Source: Eukaryota sp. GEM-RC1 (Eukaryota). Taken from it: 64,000 nucleotides of DNA. The position numbers and the translations under genes are program-made. Positions within the stretch are counted from its first letter, which is position 1; the number at the start of each line of letters is the position of its first letter. Under the pieces are notes generated by a model that worked only from the letters and a program-made list of their open reading frames with translations, was not told where the DNA came from and did not search any database. The stretch spans positions 2,232,001 through 2,296,000 of the forward strand of contig JAUFOQ010000004.1 in assembly GCA_040285855.1 (NCBI GenBank), in the 5' to 3' direction. Positions 48,560-59,900 of this stretch are shown piece by piece.

Positions 48560-49415
48560 GTTTATAAATGTCAAATGACAACAACACTAGCTAAAATTTG
48601 ATATCATAAATGATGATGCTGATGTATCATTGACTGCTCTCAAACATACTAGACATGTTGAGTACAAATTATGTCATTTTGCAATTTCAATTAATGGTCG
48701 ACTTGGAAGAGATGCTCTTTGTTTTCTCTCTGATTTTGTGAAAGTTGTCAAAAAGAATGAACAAAGAATTTGACTTTAAGTTTTGGTAGAATCGTATTGT
48801 TTTTACCAGTGTTATCAATTTTCAGAAATGCGCCAAATGCGTCAAATGCGCGCATTTTGACGCCTTTACGCATTTGGGATTTTGGGATCCTGTGCATTTT
48901 GCCTTTGAGATTTTTTTTGAACATTTTTTGTTGTTGTGCTTCTGTATAAGTTTCTAGATACAATAACAGTGATGTTGATCTCAAAACAGGGTTTTGCAGT
49001 ACCTCCTTCGTTGTACAAATGCAAAGTTGTATTGTATACAGTTGAATGAACATTCTTTTGATATCACAATGTGAATTGGTATAAAATCTGTGAAGTTAGT
49101 GGTATTCAACCAAAACTTTTGATGAAAAGTCTGTTTTACCCATATTTACGAACAATGTAAATCGATACAAAAGGCAGAAATGCGCGCACTTGGTGCATTT
49201 CATTTCTGGAAAAAGTGCGCATTTGACAACACTGGTTTTTACAATATTTAAAACAATTCCTATTATGATTTCAACAGCTTTATTAGCTCTCAGTATTTTT
49301 TATGAAGAAGAAGCAAATGTGAGTTTTAATGGCAATAATTAATTGTTGCTTTAATGATGTTGAGTTCTAGTTTTTGTATTTATCTTACTGTTATTGTTCC
49401 ATAAAGGCATTTTTT
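48560..49415 (+). mobile_element. Degenerate RLE non-LTR 3' fragment interrupted by a MITE
   Basis: CHFAISINGRLG..LSDFVKVVKRMNKEFDFKFW.NRIVF|TIFKTIP continues across the MITE; ends CATAAAGGCA-T6. Confidence 0.65.
48807..49234. mobile_element. hAT-type MITE
   Basis: TIRs CAGTGTTATCAA / TTGACAACACTG, AAATGCGC subterminal repeats, perfect 8-bp TSD GTTTTTAC. Confidence 0.88.
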
Positions 49416-49462
49416 AAAAAAGATGTGTGGCTGTGATAAATGACTAAAAGTTGACTTCAAAC

Positions 49463-50133
49463 CATAGTACGGAAAACACCGGGCGTGTTTGAACACGGTG
49501 TTGAGTGTGAACGTGTTCTGAACGTGTTGTATTTTTGTGAAGGGTGAGTAGCGGTGTTCTTAGTTGTTGATTGTTTCCAAGCTATCGTATTAAATTAGTT
49601 TCAAATACATCATTCTTTACTGAATAAAAGGTGGTGAGAACAAATACAAGCTCTTTGGATCTGGAATTGATAGTCACTGATTGAACGTGAATATAAGTTA
49701 TCCACTACAGTAGTTAGCGTTTCAAGAAATTTGAACTATACACTTCACAATTAGTGGGTAACTTCATCTGAGTCTCCAAATTGTTCAAGATGAAACGGGC
49801 TTCAATTTACAGCACCACTGAAACTGATTTTTTGACTTGGGAGCAATGTGGGTACTCTTGAACTGTGTCTTATACATAAATACCTTTTCTTTAGACTGAC
49901 AATGTATCGGAAATATACGTGACTAGTAATGATACGATTGTAAATGTTGTGTCACGAATGCACATAGAAGGGATGTATTCGATCACTGAAGGTCAAACAC
50001 TTTTGAAGAGAGGATTGGATGAAAAGTTTGGGTGGTTGGGTGGCGGTGTTTTAGCGGTGTTCAACACGGTGTTGAGTGTGAACGTGTTCTGAACGTGTTG
50101 TAACTGGAAGAACACGTGTTTTTCCGTACTATG
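49463..50133. mobile_element. Non-autonomous hAT element
   Basis: TIRs CATAGTACGGAAAA / TTTTCCGTACTATG, perfect TSD CTTCAAAC, and a ~40-bp direct repeat near both ends. Confidence 0.9.
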
Positions 50134-50331
50134 CTTCAAACACATTGTTAGATGCAAAACAAAGTTTCAGTTAAGACCGATTCATGCAGCCTGTGACATT
50201 ACGTATGAATTGTTGTTGTTTAACTGGGAACATTGAGCCTCTTCTTTGGTACAGTCAGGTTCCTGTAAATTCAAGGTCCCAAAATGTTACACCCTTTCAT
50301 TACATCTTACATCAACTTTTTTCCAATATAA

Positions 50332-50760
50332 TGTTAGTTAAGATAGCGATACCTAGTAGATATCTTCACATCTGATGACGTATCACTTAGTCCTAAGGAC
50401 TTCTCTATACAACAAACTCTTCTTTCTTCTTTCTTATCAACGTTGACCTTACGGCAACAATAATTATTGGCCTATGACTGTCTCATCTGCTAACCCCAGA
50501 AAGTTCCGTGATCTTGCTTTCTTTGTCCCGCCAAAGCTTGCAACCTTCACACGGAACCAGATTCAAACCTTCCTCGAGGAAGTTGATATGTATATGTCCA
50601 TCACTGACAAAAAACATCAGGTAACCCTTCGGCTTATGCTGGATCCGGTTTTGCTCAGGTCGCTCCATCTCTCCCTGACCTTGAAGCTTCTGATGAGGCT
50701 CTCATTGTGTATCTCAAACGGCAGATACAATTCTCCACTTACGAGGAGTTCAACTTGTGC
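50332..50760 (+). mobile_element. 5' remnant of a third LTR family: ~128-bp LTR, palindrome, gag-like start
   Basis: TGTTAG...GCAACA (50332-50459), then ATAATTATTG and ATG 50474 (PPKLATF..IQTFLEEVDMY). No second LTR is visible. Confidence 0.6.
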
Positions 50761-51515
50761 TTTTCTTCCACACACTTATATTCCAAAAACCATCACTATA
50801 CAACACGAACACGTCTTCTTGGTTGTTGTGGTAGTACTGTAGGATACTCAGTGCCGAAAATCATGGTAAACGTGGTCTGAAGCATGCAAAACTCAGCTCT
50901 ACACGTTACGTTGATGAAGTCGACGGAGAAGGACATTTTGCAGACGACAAGATCCAGAAATCAACACTTATCGAATCAGTGCGATCCCTAAAAAGGACTA
51001 AGAAATATAATGAAGAATTGGTGTTTTATTAGGTTACACAGAAACTACAGAGTGAACAACAAACGAAAGTAGGTGAGAAGAAGGAGAAATCCTATAATTT
51101 CAAGGTCCGGATAGGGTTGAAATTATAGGAACCTGAGACTAGCTGTATTACAGTGATAACAATACCGTCAGTTTACTCCGCCTGATTTTACCCGAAATTG
51201 ATTTAAAAATATTCAAAAGTTCAGAAAGTCCAATGAAATTGAAGTCGAGAATAACGTTTTTGGAAACAAGAATTTAGCTCAATTATTGAACAAAAATTCA
51301 CATTAGCAAATTCGACAGTAACTAAGGTCAATAGAAGTCAAAGTATTATTGACCCTGATTAAATCACACAAACCAGTTATTGCTGCTGATGAAAAACTAC
51401 ACCCCTTAAGAGCAAGCCTTTTGATACTGAGACAATGCAAACAACACTTTATGGTTGAAACCTCTTCAGTAGTCGTTTGATGAGAATTGGTGGGAGAAAA
51501 GCAAATTACAACATT

Positions 51516-51820
51516 CAGTGAACGCTAACACGTAACACGCGTGTTAACACGTGTTAGGAATTTTGGCTGATTTCTAACACGCAAATATCGTTTACTATTT
51601 TCGGTCTAAATGATGTGAAAATGTCTTTTGTTGCTATAAGAATGAAAGACACCTTTTTAGAAGTTCCCTACAGGGATGTAGAGTATCGTAGTGATGAAAG
51701 TGTAGAAGAAATGAACTATTTAACGTTGAACCAGAAACCAGGAAAAATTCTTGTATCGCAAACACGTAACACGTCCTAACACGTGTTAGATTCGATTTTT
51801 GAACGTGTTAGCGTTCACTG
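51516..51820. mobile_element. hAT-type MITE
   Basis: TIRs CAGTGAACGCTAACACGT / ACGTGTTAGCGTTCACTG, perfect TSD ACAACATT. Confidence 0.92.
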
Positions 51821-51861
51821 ACAACATTTTGTATGTCAATTAAATGAGGAAAATTTCTGTT

Positions 51862-52592
51862 AGTATTTTTATTAACAACAACACTACAGTGGACATACAT
51901 TTAATAATCAATAGCGTCAAAGTCCAGATTGCCTAACTGGAAATTCTCACCTATCTTATCCTCATATTGTCTGCCAAGAGATAATTAAGCGCTAGATACA
52001 GAAGTCACCAAACCTTTAAAGATAGCAAACACAATTCGACTTTTCCAAAATCTAAGATCAAAAGTCCTTGATGTTTTTTCTTTTACAATCTTTACAAAGA
52101 TTTCAAGTAAAGATGTTACAGATTCACCTAAAGAACCGTACAGTGAAAATACAAAAGGGTACAACAAGTAATTCGAGTGTGAAGCCGAATTCAATAACTT
52201 CAATTTAGCACAGTATTTTTCCATTTTAAATTTTTCATCGATCATCAAAGAGTTTTTATCATTAGATTTAGCAAGTTTCTTGTTGAAATCATTACAAACA
52301 TCGATAGACATAACATCAGCAATAATGAAAGAACCATCGAGACCAGGAAATGAGACACCACGGCTATTTTCAAACGATTTGTCAACATCTGTATCATCAA
52401 CCAAACCAGCCAGAACTGGTTCTAAAAAGGAAACTATTCCATAAGATTTACACATACAATATAATTGATCCCTTACTGAATCATGAACCTTACTTCTAAA
52501 AGAAATAAAACGGTTACAATTCAATAAATGTGTAGGTGTTACAGATTGCCCACATTGACATTTCAAATTATGTGGAAGGTGATCAGGCCAAA
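51862..52592 (-). mobile_element. 5'-truncated RLE non-LTR fragment, family B
   Basis: Closely similar to 17645-18375 (CQCGQSVTPTHLLNC...FWKSRIVFAIFKG). Confidence 0.88.
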
Positions 52593-53146
52593 TGTCATCA
52601 ACATTATTAAATGGGCTTTAAATAATATCAAATGACATCAGTACGGATGGAATAGATCCGTACGTACAGTACGTACCAAAGATTAAATTTGCGCATATTG
52701 GATGGGAGTGAGAATATGGCGTCTCTTAAAACAATTCATGATGCATCTGTTACATCTTTAGCACATGTTTTTTTGCGCCACGCAATCGCATTGTTTGTTC
52801 TTGCTGTAGAAGTTTTCCAAAGTATTGCAATTCTCCGCGAGACATATTGTACCGTGTTACAAGAGTAGATTTCAATTGATATCTATTTTCAGATCTAGTA
52901 GTGAATGAATTATCACTATATTTTCAATCAACTTTTGTGACTCAAAAAGTGTTACACTAAGTCTTCAAAACATCATTGCACAGTATCATCATAGACAAAA
53001 CGCTTAAAATCATCAGCTACTTCAAGAAGACCATAAGAATCATTTAAAGTGGAGTGCTTATATACTCCTACAAATGTGTCAACTGAAGCCATTGAATTTT
53101 CAACAATAAATAAATAAATTTATGTGCAATCAAACTAAAAACTCAA

Positions 53147-54431
53147 CTATTTAATATCAATAACTACATATTCACTTCTACTGCCAATCCTAACCGGTGG
53201 ACCCCAAGTTCCTACACCTGAGGTAACAATGGTAGAAAACGAATCAGAATGGGAGTAATGGCCATAGAAATGACTGAAAAACAGGGGAACAAAGAAAGTG
53301 AATGGCCAAGCTTGACCTTTATGAGTGTGAGCTGCGAGGAATAGATAATTAATTGATGATTGTTGACGTTTCAGTCGGTCAATAATCGAATCGTGAGGTT
53401 GATGATTGAGGACGATTAAGAGCTCAGTAGATGACGTGGCATTGTGCTCCAGATAAGAGTTTAATTGTTCCAGGGAAGAATCAGAATCTGATGGAAAATC
53501 ATCAATACCGAAAAATTGAATTTGTTCAGAAATTGGAAATTCTTCATTTTTCAGAACTGTTATTTCTGCAGATTGTAACAGTTCAGAAACTTCGTCAGAA
53601 TCACTCATTCGATCGTCTAAAATTAGGAATATTTTAAATATTAAAACATACGATTTCCAAGAATTCCAATTACAGTAGAGTTTGTCGATTCATGATTAAT
53701 TATAGAAAGATCGATAGACGTCGCTTTGAACACTTCTGATGGATTTCTTACATCAATTATATCACCAAGTAAGAGCAGATAATCAACATCATACTCCAGA
53801 GAGAAATTTTTAATTTTGTGTAGAATTTGATTCCGATATTGAACACCATTAAGATGAACATCGCCGACTACTCCAAGTCTAACTGGATGAGAGAGGTCAA
53901 AATCAACGCTGTAATGAGTGATCTGGACGTTAGTGGAAACGAGAAAACCAATGAGAAGAATGAAGAATGAGATGAAGACGCCAAGCCACCAAGAAGTAAG
54001 AGGATATTTAGGATCTGGAGGATCGGCGTAGTGGAAGTACAGGAAGGATATGAAATGACCAACAGAGAGTCCAAAAAGAGTAGCGAAGACTACACCAAAG
54101 AAGATATCGCCTATTAGGTAAACAACACGAGAGAATATGGATGGTTCAAGAGAGAGAAATCGGGGGAAGAATGTTAAGAAAAAGATCAAAACACAAACTA
54201 CTCCAGAAACGATCCTCAGTCTTGTCCTGTTGTCGTAAGCTGTGGAGAAGCATGTGACAGAGCGGCGGTAGATGTAGTAGAGAGATATTGGAATGAAAAG
54301 ATGAGTGTCATGATCGTGAACATGACTGTCTTTAGAAGAATGACAACTGATTTGAACAGCCGTTGTAACCATTTTCTAGAGGGAGAAATGGGAGAAGGGA
54401 ACTCAACTTCACAGTCGTCCGAGAGTGCCAT
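53147..54431 (-). CDS. Membrane-anchored calcineurin-like metallophosphoesterase (YkuE/YaeI-like); 35-nt intron at 53617-53651; probable indel near 54296
   Basis: N-terminal TM helices; GDVH, LGDIID, GN|HD (restored by splicing), NHQP, AHTHKGQ, TSGVGTWGPPVRIGSRSE. Confidence 0.88.
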
Positions 54432-55189
54432 GAGTTGAGCTCAAAGTGAATGAAAATATCCAGAAACGGACTTAGTACACTTTGTACTAAGTTATTTCTG
54501 TATTTGAAGTAACTTAGTAGTAGAAGTTAGTACATTAGAGTAGCACTAATTGGTGTCTGTTTCTGAACCAGTACGACAACACCGCAAAACTGACCTTTAA
54601 TTAATTCATGTGATTATGTTGCGTGTTACTGACATAAAACGACGTGGCATTCATTCTAGTTTGTATTATTATCAATAAAAGTATTCCTAGCTCTCGAAAA
54701 GGCTAACACATGGATCAAAAATTGTGTTATCTTTTTTAAAGTTGTTGCTTGGAAATTAGTTGGTTAAGAAAAGGATTATTGAAAAGAATATTAATTACAA
54801 AGACAATCTAGGTTTAGTGTAGAATCCTCTTCACTCTATTCATGGATTTTCAGTACTGTAGTTGTAGTTATTGGAAAGATCTACTAATGTAGTACATTCT
54901 TTACAAAATTTAGACTGAATCACTCATTGGTCAGAGCCAGACTAATTGTCGCGAAGAGTGTAATAATATGCATAGATTGCCTCACTAGAACGATTGTCCA
55001 TGTACTATACAAAATAGATATTAATACCACACCTTAATTATATCTGATATTATTGCGGCTCAGAAGTTGATTTTCTAGTGAAGGAACATAGATGAACAAC
55101 AAAAAATTATTGTGAAAAGGAAACATTGTAAGTAATTGCACTTTGAGTGAGGGAGTACACATAGTTAGAAGTAGTACATATGAGAGAGA

Positions 55190-56209
55190 GATGTTTATTC
55201 GGCACCCAATAAGGTAAACTTCCTACAAACTATGAAATTGTAAAAACAAACAAATAATACTAAGATTAAATCCAAACGACTTCATCACCACCCGGTAAAA
55301 GATTACGTTTATCAACATTAACCTTCACACCAAACTTGTACAATTTCTCAATTAATCTAGAGAAATAGAAAGGCATATTCCGATATATGGAAAACACTAT
55401 ACGGTTTTTCCATTCAGCCATTCTAAACTTACGCTTCTTTTCTTTACACACAGTTCTTCGAAATCCTTGAAAAATTGATCAGCAGCAGGACTAATAGATC
55501 CAAAAAGAGAAACAGCATAAGGTTGAAACACAAATTTGGAATATGAGTTTCGATTTAATTCTTCCACTTGAGAGTCATACTTAGAGTGTTTGAGCTTTTC
55601 AGCAGCTGTTATCGGATTAAAAGAAGAATCTAATATCCTACTAACACAAGATTTGTTACAAACATCTACTGTAGTAAAATCCATTAATGATTGACTCGAT
55701 TTTCGTCACGGAGTATGGAGATCCCCTCTTTTTTGATCAGTAAATTCATTTTCTGAAAGATTGTTCAAAACTGGTTCAACTGTAGAGTGAAGACCATGTG
55801 CTTTAAACATGGAATAACAAGAATCACATACACCATCATGAATTACTGCACGTAGATGAATAAAATAACGACAATTAATTAAATGACGAAAAACAAAATT
55901 AGCTCCACAGAGCCAGTTGAGTAGATTAAATTTGCAGGTCAAATAGCCAATTGAGGACGCATATTGATCATCCAAGCTTCATCAGATAGATGTAATCCAA
56001 ACACCTTAGGAATTTGAGAAATTAATCCAGAAGGTCCACTATTACAAAGGTCCCTTATAAGAGCATCGAACTCGGGACTATTAGTTTTAGCCAAGCTAAT
56101 ACGATATAGTAGTAGTACATATTGTTTTGTAGGAGGGTTACCTTATTGAGTACATTATAAAGTAAGTTTTGGAAGAATTCAGTGTAGTTAGAACAACTGT
56201 AGGCTATTG
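55190..56209 (-). mobile_element. Degenerate RLE non-LTR retrotransposon, family C; interrupted upstream by a MITE and the LTR element
   Basis: LCG..RHLINC..HDGVCD, VEP, KRGD, MDFTTVDVC, AEKLKHSKY, FQPYAVSLFGSI, WKNRIVFSIYR. Confidence 0.82.
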
Positions 56210-56866
56210 CAGGGCTCCTCATAAATAAATATAAATTCTATTTATTTCTATTTATTTCTATTTATATTTATTTTTGAGCCTTTTTGGCGATCATGCAAAT
56301 AAAACCAAATAAAACAAAATATAAATAAATATAAATAAAATGTCGGAAAGTAAACTTCATTGATCTATATAATACATCGGTTAATTTCGTGCTCAAGGTT
56401 GTTGATTGACTTGAAACATGATGTGTGAAATACTCAAGTTCAGCCCAGAATCAAAGTCAAGTCATTATTCCTCAAACTTTGCCATTTCAATGTCGAACCT
56501 AACCGACACAGACGTGCCTTTACCTGTGTTCTAAGCCAATCCAACGACTATATCTGGCCATATAATCACTGAACGATTCTCATGGTCGTCCACGATGCTG
56601 AATATTGAACTAATGCTGAAGATCCAGAGGTGGTGGCGACACAGTCAGAGCAATTGAACGAAGCAGAAAGTCAACTAACCATTTTCGACAAGAAAGGGAT
56701 GATCAAATGGATTGTGTAATCATCGATAGTGACTGAGAGAAACTGTACTAATAAAAGATTTGGGTTTTATTTGGGTTTTATTTTGTTTTAATTATATTTA
56801 TTTCACATTTATTTTTGGTATTTTTTCATGTTCAAATTATTTTAAATTATCTTATGAGAGGGCCTG
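56210..56866. mobile_element. Non-autonomous hAT element
   Basis: Imperfect TIRs CAGGGCTCCTCATAA / TTATGAGAGGGCCTG, perfect TSD GGCTATTG, AT-rich subterminal repeats. Confidence 0.85.
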
Positions 56867-56939
56867 GGCTATTGGCTATTGTTAGTGTCATGACTCATCA
56901 GGACCTATTTGTATAATAAATTCACTTTTCTCTATTCAT

Positions 56940-59900
56940 ATGACTAAGACCAACAATAATTATTGTGGCCTCTGCAAAGAGTTGCAATGTATGTGTACTC
57001 CGGAGAACTTCACTCCTGGAAACCAAACTAACCCAAACCCTAGTTCCGTTCTAGGTGAAGATTCCAGTTCCGCCCTGGCTTCTTCCAAGTCTTCCACCGT
57101 GAAGGAACTTGGCACAGATGGACTCCCTTGGGATGACACTGTGGACTATGACATTGTTTCGGATGAAGAACCATCTTCTAATGGAACTTCGAATGAGAAA
57201 CCATTCTCTATCGAAAACCCAAATGAGGATCCATCCCCCAATACAACTATAAACGAGGAACCTTCCTCCAATATTGACGAAAACGAGGAACCATCCTCCA
57301 ATATTGATGAAAACGAGGAACCATCCTCCAATTTTGACGAAAACGAGGAACCATCCTCCAAGGTTAATGAAAACGAGGAACCATCCTCCAACAGAACACC
57401 TGCTTCTGAGTCAAATCCACCAGTTGGGTGGACCTATCGACCTTCGGTAACTCCTCCGCCTATCCCAATAGTACAGAGATCTACACCTCCTATTAGGACA
57501 CCGGAACCCTTTATTCCGAAATTACCCCCTACACGTCTCGCCTCCCTCTACCTAGAACTCTGGCCCAAATGGAAAGACTCCAAGGATTTACACTTCTTCT
57601 TTCAACAGTTCTCGAACACTATTACCAATGGTGCAAGAAATGGACAAACGGTCCCACACATGTTCAACTTGAACAAAAGAACGTGGAAATTCTCATGCAC
57701 AGAGACAAGGATTCCTGGAACGACATCCCAAAAGCAATCCAACGCTCAGCATCCAAAATTTTCGCCCCAGGAAATTTGAAGTCTAAATCATCTTCAAAGA
57801 ACCCTCACAATGCAGCCCCTCCTTTCAAAAAGAAGCATCGCTCAAACTCATCTGATAGACCTCCTAAAGATGATAACCGCTGTAGCTTCTGCGACTCCCC
57901 GGATCACAAGATAAACCTTTGTAATCATCCTGACTGTCGTAGAAGCGAGCTCCCCGCGGATCAACGTCTTCCACGATCTGAGGCAAAGAAACCTCCCACT
58001 CGTAGTAATAGTCATAGTTCGCGTAAACAAAATAAACATAGTAAGTATTTCGTGCAATCGATAAACACTATTCACAAAGATAACACATCATCGTCGGATT
58101 CACATAATCCATACATAAACCCACTCCACAACATCAGTAATTCGAGTGGTACGAACTCACTAAGCCTGAATTCAATATTCAGCATAATCGATCACCAGGA
58201 TCCACCACCATTCCTCAGCTGCAGTCTGACCATCAATGGTGTTTCGATTCAGGGTCTTTGGGACAGTGGAGCATCAATGTCCGTAATCACACGAGACCTG
58301 GTCGATAGATGTTCAATGAAGTTCATTAACAAGAACGTACCATTCACATCTGCAAACAACGTCAGATCTCACTCACTGGGTAGCGCCCAAGGGATCTTGA
58401 CCTTCAAGTTCAGTAAGGTGACACACCTAACATCTGTGACGAAGACTTTACCTATCATCCCTGGATCCAACAAATGTTTGTTAGGTATTGATCTCATGAA
58501 GCAGTTAGGTTTACTGACTGAAGAGGGACTAATCATCCCGGTTCAACAGACTATGTTAGCTCATAGCAACGACGAGTCAGAGTTCGACTCAAACATATCT
58601 ATGCCCAATAGCCTTTCTATTATAGACAATATAGATTTCAATAAATTTGTTTATGATTCCGGCTGTTCAATCAAATTAGATGACGATGATAGAACCAATC
58701 GTTTACTGAACCTCCTTAGCGAGTTCTCAACTATCTTCGATTCCGTTCCTCACAAAGATGGCATCAATTGTCCACCGATGACAATTGACTTCTACGACGA
58801 AGAGTCCACGGTGAAACGAAAACCTCGGAGGCTTAATCCTGTCAAACAAAGGATAGCCGAAGAAACCTTTCATGAACTAGTACGTTTGGGATACGCTGAG
58901 TATACTACACCCAACGGAAAATTCAGCTCCCCGGTAGTACTTGTGGTATACCCCGATCATCGTAAGCCTAGACTTACGGGTGACTTCAGTGGTACTGGAG
59001 GAGTCAACGAACTTACTAAACCTGTCCAACCGAATCTACCGAGAATCGCAGACATACAGGAATTCCTGAGTGAAGCTAACTACATAGCCACTCTCGACCT
59101 GTCAAAAGCATTTTGGCAACTGAATCTCGCAGATCACGAACGCGACAAAACAACTCTAGTTATCCATGGCCTAGCCATTCGATTTAAACGAGCTTGTTTT
59201 GGTCTAAAGAACGTGCCTGCAATCTTTCAAAACTTGATGATGGATATTTTCGACCACGAAGGTATATTCATCTACATCGATGACATCATCATAGTCGCCA
59301 AAACTTTTGATGAATACTTATCTAGAATAAAATTCGTTCTTGAGAGAGCTCAACTCTATAGAGTCAACCTTGGCTTACACAAGTGCAAGTTCATAACAAA
59401 GAATCATCCTATAACTATCTTAGGTTGCGAATACATCGACAACACTCGTCGAATCGATTCAAAACGTGTAGAAGCTCTGGTAAACATACCAACACCGACC
59501 ACCATCAAAGAAGTTCGAAGTTTCGTCGGTTCTATCAACTACATTAAAGATTTCATAGCAGATGCATCGGACCTACTAGCTCCTATAATAGCCCTAGTAA
59601 AGAACAAAGCACGAACAGTTCATTGGACACCTCAACTTCAATCAAATTTTGATGAAATCAAAAGAGGATAATCAATCACATGCCACTATGTCTACCAGAC
59701 AAAGACAGACGCATACTGATCAGCGCAGACGCTAGCGATATCGCCGTAGGTGGTGTCGTATGGCTAGAATGCACCCCTCATTCACCTGAGGGAACTCCAT
59801 TGAACGACCGCAAAGTAGAACCACTAGCATTCTACAGCAAACTACTCACTGACTCTCAACAGAACTGGGCCACAATTCAAAAGGAATTGTACGCCATTCT

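Noticed and set aside
56880..56955. Tf1-style self-priming by the transcript 5' end
   Set aside because: No sequence complementary to ATAATTATTG lies within any of the three LTRs, apart from the junction palindrome itself.
57569..57779. Programmed gag-pol frameshift
   Set aside because: The shift falls before the zinc knuckle, inside gag, near a T-rich run with no clear slippery heptamer. Similar single indels break many genes here, so error or mutation is more likely.
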